A stretch of DNA of 14,821 nucleotides from Bacteroidia bacterium (lineage in GTDB: Bacteria > Bacteroidota > Bacteroidia > J057 > JANWXU01), in assembly GCA_025057395.1 (NCBI GenBank), contig JANWXU010000098.1, positions 1 through 14,821 of the forward strand, read 5' to 3'. How positions within the stretch are numbered: position 1 is the stretch's first letter; every line of letters starts with the position of its first letter. Positions 1 to 10,100 of this stretch are shown here, piece by piece. Under the pieces are notes generated by a model. That model ran no database searches and had not been told where the DNA came from. It saw only the letters and a list, made by a program, of their open reading frames with translations. The position numbers and the translations under genes are program-made.

Positions 1-1
1 T

Positions 2-1135
2 GCAAGTAGCACGCAAAGTGCGGCTTTCACCACAGGTAATAGCAAAATCACTGCCCGCATCTACTACTAAGTTTGATGCCCCCCCTTTGCATATAATATA
101 ACTTTGTTTAGTTAAAGTATCTGCACAATCAGCATCCTTAAGCTTAGCTATTAAAGTTACTGTATACTCTCCATTCTGCCGATAAGTATGAGTAATAGGA
201 CCTGCTAACGTAGAAGTGGTGCCATCCCCTAAGCTCCAAAAAAATTGATAGCGTTCAGGGTTAGGAGTGAGATTAGTAAAAGTAGTGGTAAAAGGCGGAG
301 CATTAAAATTAGTTACTGAAGCACTAAAAGCAACCCTAAAATCAGGAGGCAGTACTTTCACTGTAACTTTGGCTCCCGCGGTTTCTCGACCGTTAGTAAC
401 AGTTACTGTATATATAGTAGTAGTAGTGGGCCTTGCAGTGGGAGTAGGAGAAAATGGATTATCTAAACCAGTAGTAGGATTCCATATGTAGCGTACATCT
501 GCTTGGTTAGCCCGAGCTTTGAGCACTACACTTTCACCGCACATAATTTCTGCATCAGGACCCGCTTCCACAGTAAGAGCAGGTGCTTTAATGATAATAG
601 GGTAAGGAAAAGAGAAAGGTTGATTATTCAATGGAATCGAAATAGGCAGACCTTGCAAAGTTACATCCAAGTCTGCCATCACATAAATCATCATTGTATC
701 TCGAGGGCCAGTAGGCTCTGTAGGAGTACCAAAAATGGCTCCACAAGCAAAAATTTGAGCAGGATTTCTACCCGGTGTTAATCTACCTGGAATAGGTACT
801 TTGCCGCCCTGTGTATTATCCGCAGGATTACCGCTGTATAAATTAATAGAAAGCCCGCGCGGAATTTTACGAATACTATCTATTCGAATCTCTCGAAAAC
901 GTACTGTTGCATTACGTCCTTGAAAAACCGTATCGAATTTTTCAGCTACTACAATTTGTAGGTCTAAGTTATAAGGCTCGCCAACAGTACCTACTGGTGG
1001 AGCCTCTGGCGAAAGACAAGCAAGTTTAGGAGTACAAGCATTGCGGTTAGGCGTACATCGCTGACTATACGCCCTTTGCACTAAATATCCTCCTAAGCAA
1101 GCAAAAAGTATAAAAAAGAATACTATTTTTTTCAT
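2..1135 (-). CDS. Secreted PKD-domain and Ig-like-repeat surface protein, N-terminal fragment; the C-terminus lies beyond the window start
   Basis: Hand reverse-complement translation from ATG at 1135 ('cat' at 1133-1135) stays open in frame to the window edge for 378 codons: MKKIVFFFILFACLGGYLVQRAYSQRCTPNRNACTPK...PDFRVAFSASVTNFNAPPFTTTFTNLTPNPERYQFFWSLGDGTTSTLAGPITHTYRQNGEYTVTLIAKLKDADCADTL...DAGSDFAITCGESRTLRATC. The frame was spot-checked at both ends and mid-gene (GPRDTMMIYV at 671-700). It has an N-terminal hydrophobic signal, a classic PKD signature (WxxGDG...HxY...GxYxVxL) and flanking Ig-like segments (EAGPDAEIMCGESVVLKA...YIWNPTTGL...TIYTVTVTNG). It is missing from the supplied ORF track only because its stop codon is outside the window. 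Confidence 0.8.
   Translation of the reverse strand, partial: MKKIVFFFILFACLGGYLVQRAYSQRCTPNRNACTPKLACLSPEAPPVGTVGEPYNLDLQIVVAEKFDTVFQGRNATVRFREIRIDSIRKIPRGLSINLYSGNPADNTQGGKVPIPGRLTPGRNPAQIFACGAIFGTPTEPTGPRDTMMIYVMADLDVTLQGLPISIPLNNQPFSFPYPIIIKAPALTVEAGPDAEIMCGESVVLKARANQADVRYIWNPTTGLDNPFSPTPTARPTTTTIYTVTVTNGRETAGAKVTVKVLPPDFRVAFSASVTNFNAPPFTTTFTNLTPNPERYQFFWSLGDGTTSTLAGPITHTYRQNGEYTVTLIAKLKDADCADTLTKQSYIICKGGASNLVVDAGSDFAITCGESRTLRATC
95..352 (-). other. PKD domain (about aa 262-347 of the partial protein)
   Basis: PPDFRVAFSAS...FFWSLGDGTTSTLAGPITHTYRQNGEYTVTLIAKLKDADCADTLTKQSYIIC matches the PKD consensus (WxFGDG...HxYxxxGxYxVxLxV). Confidence 0.6.
1061..1135 (-). other. Predicted signal peptide of the PKD protein (about aa 1-25), probable SPase I cleavage after AYS
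   Basis: MKK n-region, IVFFFILFACLGGYLV hydrophobic core, then RAYSQ. The Cys at position 13 sits in an LFAC context that resembles a lipobox only weakly. Confidence 0.55.
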
Positions 1136-1174
1136 ATTACCCTTTCAAAATTTTTCCCAATAAAAAAATTTATC

Positions 1175-4100
1175 CTATTTATTCAAAATAATTTTGGCTG
1201 TATAGCAATGTTCTTGATTTTGTATTACAAGTATATAAACACCACTGGATAAATCACTTAGGTCTAAAGTGACTAAAGATTCTTTAAGCCTTGGCTGCGA
1301 ATAAACTAATTTACCGTCACTTTGCCAAAGTGCTAGGCTTGAATGGCTAAAATTATTATCTAAAAAGTTAATAAAAAGCATTCCTTGAGTAGGATTAGGA
1401 TATATAAGTGGTACGTCCCCTTCAGAGTAGCTGCTTATGATTTTAGAGGGTAAAGTTTGAAAAACCGTACTTCCCCACTGCCCCGAAATACTGCCTACAT
1501 TCATAGAACACATTGTACAATTAGCCCTAATGCGAATTATATAATTAGTATTTGGTAAAAGGCGGCTAAGCTGTACCAAAGTAGTGGGAGCCGGAACTAA
1601 CATCGTTTGTGCTTGCGCTCCTGATATCCCTAAAGGTTCGTAGGTAAGAATATAACAAACAGCACCAGGTACAGATTCCCAACTAATAGTGGCACTATTT
1701 GCTGAAATGGGCTGTGCTCTCACCGCCGCAGGAGCACTGCAGCTTTGCTCTTTATTACAGCGCGCTATTACGGGTACTCTTTCACTTTCACAATTTGCTA
1801 TAGCCGCAGAAATGTAAAAAGTAGTAGTTTGGTTTAATAATGGAGTAGTTAGCAAATAGGGACTACTTGTAGCTGTAGCTATTAAATTTCCCCCTTGCGG
1901 ACTATCATACATTCGAATTTCATTGCCTGCCGGAATTCCCATTTGAACAGTAAAAGTTACCGATACATTAGCATTACAATAAAACTCTACCTCAGTACTA
2001 GTAGGAGGGGCTGGCGTAGCCTGTAGTACCACCTGAACTCTAGAAGGCGTACTTTCACAGCCAGCGCTCGTCTTTGCTACAAGAACAAACGTTTGTGATT
2101 GATTCACAGGAAGGGTGATAACAAACGGTGCATTATTATCTACAGCAAGTACATTACCCTGTAAATTCCTAAGTTCCAAAACAGAAGCAGGTGTAGATAA
2201 ATGAGCTGAAAAAGTCGCCATACCTCCACTGCTACAAACTCGAATTAAAGGATCAGTTACCTGGGGAGGCGCTGGTACTGCATGAATAACCCCACTGAAA
2301 TTACTTACTAAACTAGTACATCCATTTTGTACCACATAAGTAGCATAATTTTGAGTTTGCACTAAATTCAAAGTTACTGTATGTATAGTATTTTGTACTC
2401 CCATAGTTTGGACGAGGGTACTACCAGGTTCTGTTACTATAAATAAGGTAGAGCCAGGAACCAAATTTTGCAGTGTAAAAGTTAAACTTCCTGCGCCGCA
2501 TCGACTTACAGTAGCAACCGAGGGAGCCTGGGGTATAGGCAAAATATTTGCTACTACCGGTACTCTGACACTTTGACAAGTACCATCCCCTACTGAAACC
2601 CAAAAAGTTGTAGTAGTGGTAATGAAGGGCAGAATTAAAGTATGGTTAGGAGGGCTACTTACATTTATAGGCGAGGAAGCTTGCTCTGAAGAATATAAGT
2701 AAACAACATTACTAGGAGATTGTGCCTGAGCAGTAAAGATCCCTCCTCCTGCACCACAACGACTGATGCTGGCAACTATAGGAGGAGAAGGTGAAGCCTT
2801 TACCTCTATAGTAAACGGTTCGGAGAGAGAACTACAATTTCCACGCATAGTACGCATAAAAAAGCGAGTTGTAGTAGTAAGAATATAGCTAAAGCGATTA
2901 AGGCCACTAACCACTTGACTTTCAATTAACTGGCGTGGATTTTCTTGCCATAGTTCTACAGTAGTACCTGGTTCATTAATGAAAGCTTGTATATTCACTT
3001 CGCTTACGCCACAAATCCAAGCAGGAGCTTGGAGTATTGGCTGCTGAGGTTGTGACAAAACTTGTATTGCTACAGGCACTCGCTGGCTTTTACAAATTCC
3101 TAATTCTGCTTCTACAAAGAAAAAAGTATTACCACTTACGGTAGGAGTTTCTAAAATATAGGGTGCTGTATGAGCAGTGGCAATTGGATTATTATCCTGT
3201 TGGCTTGAATAAAGACGTACAATTGTACCTAAGGGAGAAGCTGTGGCAGTAATATTCACTTTACCCTGCCCACATCGAGTTACCGGGGTAACTACCTCCA
3301 GAGTAGGAGTAGGTAAGAAACGAATAGGCACGACTACTCTTTCTGAAAAACAACTGCCTAATTGAGATTGAAGATAATAAGTAAGAGATGGATTTGCATT
3401 CGAAATGCTAAATAAATATGGAAAAGTAGTCAAAGTTTGTAAAGGCGATTGGGCATTGTCGCTTTGCCATAAGTGGATATGGCTAGGAGTAGGAGAAGCA
3501 GTTTGTACACTAAAATGTAAACTTTGGCCCTGGCAAACAGTCTGTGGTAATACACTAGGAGCCCCAGGTACAGGCAATACGTTTACACTAAAACTTACTC
3601 GGTTGCTTTCACAGCCTGTTTGGTTATCTTTAGCACTTAACCAAAAGGTAGTATTACTACTAAGAGTACCTAATGTAAGAACATAGGGAGATAAAATACT
3701 TTGTAAGGGTGTAATAGCACTTGCAGTAGAATATAAGTGCAAGGTAGTATTCACGCTATTAGGATACGCAATGGTAATAGTTAACTGCCTAGCACCACAA
3801 ATATCGTAGTTAGTAACTGTTGGAGTTAAGGGTAAAGGCAAAATCTGAATCGGCAAGGGCATTAGAGTAGAGGGGCAGTTGTTACTACTTATCACTTCTA
3901 CATAGTAGGTAGTAGTTTGATTTACCATTCCCCAATTTTGAAAGACAAAGCTAGGCCCTCCACTTACTGCAGCTAAAGGTTGGGAACCTGGAATTGCATA
4001 AAGCCTTGCCTGAGAACCATTTGTAGAAACCACAGTAAAGGTTACCGTGCCCGCACCACATCTTTGTAATGGTGAAGGAGTAATTGAAAAAGTAGTAGGC

Positions 4101-7100
4101 GGCTCTACAGTTACCACAAAAGGAGTACGCAAACTACTACAGCCATTAACTTCTACCTCAGCATAAAAAGTAGTAGTGGTATTGATAAAGGGTAAAATAA
4201 CTTCAAAAGGAGAAGTGCGTCTTTGTGCTATTTCCACGCCTCCCTGTGCAAGATTGAAAACGCGCAATACCTCAGTACTGGGAGGTAAGAAAATAGGGCG
4301 TATGGTTGCTACACCACCTTGGCAGAGAGTAGTTGTAGGTATTTGGGGCGCACTAGGCAAAGGAGTAACAAAAATTTCTGTAGTGGAAGTAGCTACACAA
4401 CCATTAGCAGCCCTTACTTCCAGAGTATATATTCCTGCTTGAAGAGGCTGGGCATTTTGCAAAAACAGCACTGGATTCGAAGAAAAGTAATTATTGGGTC
4501 CACGCCAAGTATACTGAGCAAAATTGCCAGGCGCCGTGTAACTTATATCTTTTCCTTGGCAAACCACTTGCCTAACGGGCAAGGAAAGCATAGGTACTTC
4601 TAAAATCGTAATAGCTACACCTACTTTTTCGCTTTCACATTGCAATTGTGCATCAAAAGAAGAAATGTAATAAGTGGTACTAGTAGTAACAGTGCTCGTA
4701 TTCCAAGCTAAAGGAGTTTGAGTAGTTTGAAAAATAAGTTGCTGTGAAAAGTTATATATTCTAAAACTAGTAGCACTGGCAGAACTATGAGTAGCTTCAA
4801 GTGTAAAAGCGGCAGCACCACAGTGACTCAAATTACTGGAATTAACGAGAGGGGGCCTAGGAGGAGGTGCTACTGCTACTACAAAAGGTTGCTTTTCTCC
4901 CGCACAATTTGCTTGAACAGCCTCTACTAAATAAGTAGTAGTTGTGCTTACCAAGCCAACATGCCATAGCCACGGATTCTGGGTAATAGTTGCAATTTTA
5001 TTTTGATTGTGGTAGATATTAAGTGCAACACCATTGGGTTGTGGAGGCAAGGGTATAGAAAGAGAATTTCCTTGACAAATTGTTTGCGGAGCAATAATTG
5101 GAGTAACCGGGGGAGGAGTCACAATAATACTAAATGGTACTCTTTGGGTAGTACACTGAGGGGCCTCTACATTTATTGCTTGCAAATAATAAGTAACGGT
5201 AGTTGTAACAGATACATTCATCGCTCCCCCTAAAGTTTCAAGAATAGGAATACCTCCATTAGGCTGGGTAAATAGTAATATTCTATCATTAGCTAAAGCA
5301 TTATTTACAGTAAATTCTACAATACCTGCTCCACAACGGCTAAGATAAGAAACAGCAGGTGACAATGGCATACGCTGTACAATAGCACTCACAGCAATAC
5401 GCTGACTCTGACAACCACTACTGCTAGCAGCTATATAAAAAGTAGTAGTTTGAGTAATAGGGGGCGTAGTTAAAGTAAATGGTAATGTACTACTGCTTGC
5501 AAGCGGTAGAGCTGCCTGAGCACTTTCAAAAAGAAATACCTCATTAACAGCACCTCCAGCGAGAGGACTAAAAGTAACCACCCCCATGCCACATCGAGTT
5601 ACAGGACTTACTATTGGTGGGGCAGGCTTTTGCGTAGGATCAATAAATAACGTTACTTTAGTACGGGTATTACTTACGCAATTTCTATTGAATGACTCTA
5701 AGTAATAATCCGCTAAAGTAGTTCCAGTAGGAATAGGTAATAAGAAAGAAAACGGCTGTGAATTATCTTCAGCTATAGGAAAACCCCCTATACTTTGAGT
5801 ATACAACCTTACCCCTTGCACAGAGGGGTCTGTTTGTACTCCTTGCAAAAAGTATTGTGAAGCACCCTCACATATGCCAATCAAGGAGTTGGGTAAAACT
5901 GGAGGCAGCGGAGTAGACAATATTTCAATATTCAAAGGACTTCGAGAACTTTCACAGCCATTTTGCCTATTGCGCAAAGAATAATAAATGTTTTGACTTT
6001 GACTAAAAGTATAAGTCAAATTGTTAGGGGGTAGTACCTGCAAAGGAGCGCTGGAATGAGCATCGGCATATAAAACAATTTCAAAATTAGGGTCATTTAT
6101 CAAAAAGGTGTGGCTTATGGAAGTATTGCAAGAACTAAGGCTCAATGGGGAGGGAGCAGAAGGAGTAGGAAATACATCAATATTTGCAGCAATCCTCGAA
6201 CTATTACATTGTCTTGTTGTTTCAAAAAAATCAAAGTAAAAGGTAGTAGGAAAAGTAGCAGTAGTAACAAACTGAAAGGGTAAACTCGATAGACTAGCAA
6301 TGGGAGTAGTAGCATTTGCACTTAAAAAAACTCTAGCGATAGTATTTGCAGGTAGAGCTGCACTAGGTAAAATGGTAAAAGTAACTATACTGCCAGCACA
6401 AGCCTGCAAGCGGTTAACAATAGGCACGGGTAAATTATTTTCAAGAGTAATAATAACAGGGACTCTTTCACTTTTACAGTTATTTTGAAAATTGAAGCTT
6501 TGAACAAAAAATGTAGTGGTGGTAGTAATGTAGGGTGTGGTAATTAAAGCAGGATTACCACCCGCAGTAGCAAAGGGTTCATTAGCAACAGGAGTAGTAT
6601 ATAAAGCTATAGCTTGCCCTCCTGCACCTTCTTGCTGAATGGTAAGCGTAACCATAGAAGCCTGACAAATAGAAACGGGAGCCACCTTAGGAGCCGCAGG
6701 AGTACTAAGCACTTCAATACGACTACTTACTCTAGGGCTGACGCAGTTACTTGCTATATCTATAGATTCAAAGTAGAAAGTTGTTGTAGTATTCAAAAAA
6801 GGAGTTTGCCAGCTGCAAGCGGATAAACAAACTACTGAATCTACGGAGAAAAGGTTTATATCTAATATTCTTACTTTTTTACCTGTAGCATTTAGGATAT
6901 TCAAAAGAGCTTTACTGCCCTGACAAATACTTACACTTTGCACCATAGGAGTCATTACTCTAGGAGCTACTACTATTGGTACAGCAAGCGTATCACTTGG
7001 ACAAAGGTTATTAGTTTGAACAAAATAAAAAGTAGTGCTTTGACTAATAGCTATTTCTACATTAGTAGCCCCTCTATATAATTGCGCAATAACAGTATTG

Positions 7101-10100
7101 CCCAAGTAAGAAGAATACGCTTTGACTGTATCCGCTTCAAAATTAGGGGGTAATGCGAAGCTTACATTTCCTGGTCCACAAAGCTGTACAGGGCTTACTA
7201 TTACCTGGGGTTTAGGGGGTCTTTGCAAAACTCTTGCAATGATAGGTATACTTTCCGAAAAACACCCATCATTACTAGTGCGAAGGTAAAAAGTAGTAGT
7301 AGTAGCGACGGAGGTTTCAAAAATAGCAAAATTTGCCCTTTGGCTCTGTAGTACTTCTTGGTTCTGGGAAAGAAGTTCTATAGCAGTACCACCAGGTCTT
7401 CCTTGCAACGCAGTAATCGTAATACTTCCACTACCACAGCGTGTAAGTATGGAAGTTGCTGTAGGCGGAGCTGGTCTTTCATGAATATAAACTGTTAATA
7501 AAGTTCTTTCTCGAGTGCTGCAGCCACTTTGGGTATTAATAGCTTCTAGCCAAAATCTTGTAGTAGTAGTAAGGTTATTGAGAATAAAAGTATGGGAAGG
7601 ACCTAAGCTTTCTTGTAAGGGTTCGCCGCCGCTACGTTGTGAATATAAGCGGATAAGGGTATTAGGACTAGCACTGATTGAAAACGAGATATTGCCTGCA
7701 CCACAGCGATGTACTTGGTTACTCGAGACTTCAATGTTGGGTAATGGTAATACGGTAATACTTGCGGGCTTACGATCACTTTCACAGCCTAAGCCTGAAT
7801 GAAATACTGAAGCATAAAACGTAGTATGAGTAGTAATATTATTAAGCGTGAAAGTATAAGGAGCAGAACTACTAACTGCCATAAGCTGCCCGTCTTGTGG
7901 CGCATCGTATAAACGAATTTCTGTACCAGCCGGACTGCCCATATTTGCCGTGAGAGTAACTATGCCCCCTCCACAGGTAGTTATTGAATTTATTTGTGGA
8001 ATCGATAGGTGAATAACTTCAATTCGTAAAGGTACTCTTTCACTTTCGCAGTTACCATAAGCAGCAGAGAAATGATAAGTTGTGGTGGTAGTTATATTGT
8101 ATATAGGAAATAAGTAAGGTGCCATAGGACGTGTATCTAAAGGCTCTGCGTCTTGCATACTTTCATACATTCGAATTTCAGGTGCTAGAGCATTATTAGG
8201 CAATACAGTAATTATTGTTTGCGCTGCCCCACAAAGTCGAATATTCTGCACTATAGGTGGGTTAGGTTTATTAACAATTTGAAAAAACACGGGCTTCAAA
8301 GTAGTACATCGGGTTTGTTGATTAATAACCTGCACATAATATGTAGTAGAACTAGTTAAGATAGGAGTAATAAGAACAAAGGGTTCTGTAACGGCACTAC
8401 TTAAAACTGTTCCCAAGGGATCTTGCAGCAACCGTACTTCTGTGCCTACGCTGGGATTAGGTATTTGAACACTAAAACTAATTTTTCCACTGCCGCAACG
8501 AGTAAGCTCTTTGGTATTAATAAAAGGCTCTTGGGCAGAAAATATAGTTACAGAAGCAGCAGAACGTACTAAGCTTTCGCAGCCCGTTCGAGAGTCTACG
8601 GATACAAAGTAATAGGTAATAGTTTGATTAGCCGCTGTAGAAAAAAGAAAAGGTTCTCTTTCCAGAGTTGCTACAGGTCTTGTTCCTTCGCTTTGAGTAT
8701 ACACTCTTACAAAGTGCCCTTGGGGAACACCTAAAGCAGTAAAAGTAACTAACCCAGTCTCACAGCGCTGAATGTTTTCTACAATAGGTGGAGTTGGCCC
8801 CTCTGAAAGCTGCACTACCACAGGAGTACGGGTAGTACTAGCACAACCATTAGCACTGTATCGGGTGCTTAAAAAGAAAGTAGTGGTAGTAGTAAGTTCG
8901 GGTGTTTCAAAAACATAAGGCGAGGTAGCATCCACTGCCAGCGGCTCACCCCCAAAAGGGGTTGCATATAGCAGTACCTCATCGCCGGGAGGAATATTCA
9001 TAAAAGCAGAAATACTTACTTTTCCTGCTCCGCATCGACTAATATTTTGGGCTATAGGAGGTGCGGGTGGATTAATTGCTGTCGCCGTAACCTTCATACG
9101 GCTCGTACTACTACAACCACTTTGAGAAAAATAGCTACCTATCCAAAAATCTTGAGTTTCTCCCGCCATAAGGGTAGTAGTAAGCTCGTTGATACCCACG
9201 GCTATAGGCTGCCCTCCCTGCTCTTGAGTATATAAATGGACTTCGTCCCCCGAAGGATTACCCATTGTAACACTAAAGGTAACATTTCCACTACCACAGA
9301 TAGTTACATTAGTATTTTCTACACTAGGAGTAGCAGGAGTAGTAGTTACTTGTACAAAAACTGGGGTGCGGGTACTGCTTTCACAATACCCAAGCCTAGT
9401 AGAAAGATAAAAAGTAGTAAGAGTTGTAACAACAGGCGTAGTAAGCAAATAAGGGGCATTAGAAGTAGAATCAATAGCTTGGGTAGCTTGCTCTTGGGTA
9501 TATAAATATATTGTAGTACCGGGAACTAAGCCCATAGTTGCTGTAAAAGTCGCTACCGAGCTAGCACATAAATTTATCGAAGAGGCTGTGGGCGGCGAAG
9601 GAATAGGAGAAATATTTACTTCTAAAGAAGTGCGAGTAGGAGAATAACAATCTGTTAGTACATCCACGGTTTGCAGATAAAAGGTAGTAGGACCTGTAAT
9701 ATCTGGAGTAATAAGCTGATAAGGAGCTGCATTGGTAAAAGTAATTACAGTGCTTGAAAAGGGTGAATCATAAAGCATAATTGTACTTCCTGCCGGGTTA
9801 CCCATAAAAGCAGTGATAGTTACTGGCCCCGGTCCACAGCGCGCATAGGCAATTGCAGTTGGGGGAGCGGGAGGCAAACTGCAAACTAAAGAATCTCCAA
9901 ATTTTATAATATATGCATCGCTAATACCAGCAAAAGATTGCATAAATTGCCCAGGCTGTTGCAAAAGGGGTAGATTGGAACTACTACTTCCTGCTACCAA
10001 AACAGCATTATGACAATCATCAATGGTAATGCCTTTAGCAAAGTCTAAACCCGTAGAGCCTAAATAAGTAGACCAACTCAAGCTACCTGTACTTACATGA

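Noticed and set aside
267-781. Plus-strand ORFs 267..491 and 503..781 from the track
   Set aside because: They are embedded antisense in the well-supported minus-strand gene encoding the PKD protein with a signal peptide. The coding strand is rich in ACN and TCN codons, so the opposite strand is open by chance. The translations are low-complexity, for example VTVYIVVVVGLAVGVG.
1126-1170. A7/T7 homopolymer tracts (codons 2-4 of the PKD gene, ATGAAAAAAATA, and A7 at 1162-1168 in the 39-bp spacer) as slipped-strand phase-variation switches
   Set aside because: Seven-base A or T runs are common background in AT-rich genomes and shorter than typical phase-variable tracts. Nothing in a single sequence supports variation.
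1178-1417. Type-B T9SS CTD (gliding-motility-associated C-terminal domain, SprB-type) that would need an SprF/PorP-like partner
   Set aside because: The C-terminus shows the type-A hallmarks (LIYPNPTQGMLFI ... GVYILVI). The downstream gene encodes a PKD protein, not a PorP/SprF-like beta-barrel.
1754-9877. A possible CRISPR array or collapsed nucleotide tandem repeat, given the roughly 270-bp periodicity
   Set aside because: The periodicity exists at protein level only. The units differ substantially in DNA sequence, there is no alternation of identical direct repeats with unique spacers, and the reading frame is continuous. It is a protein repeat array, not CRISPR and not an obvious assembly collapse.
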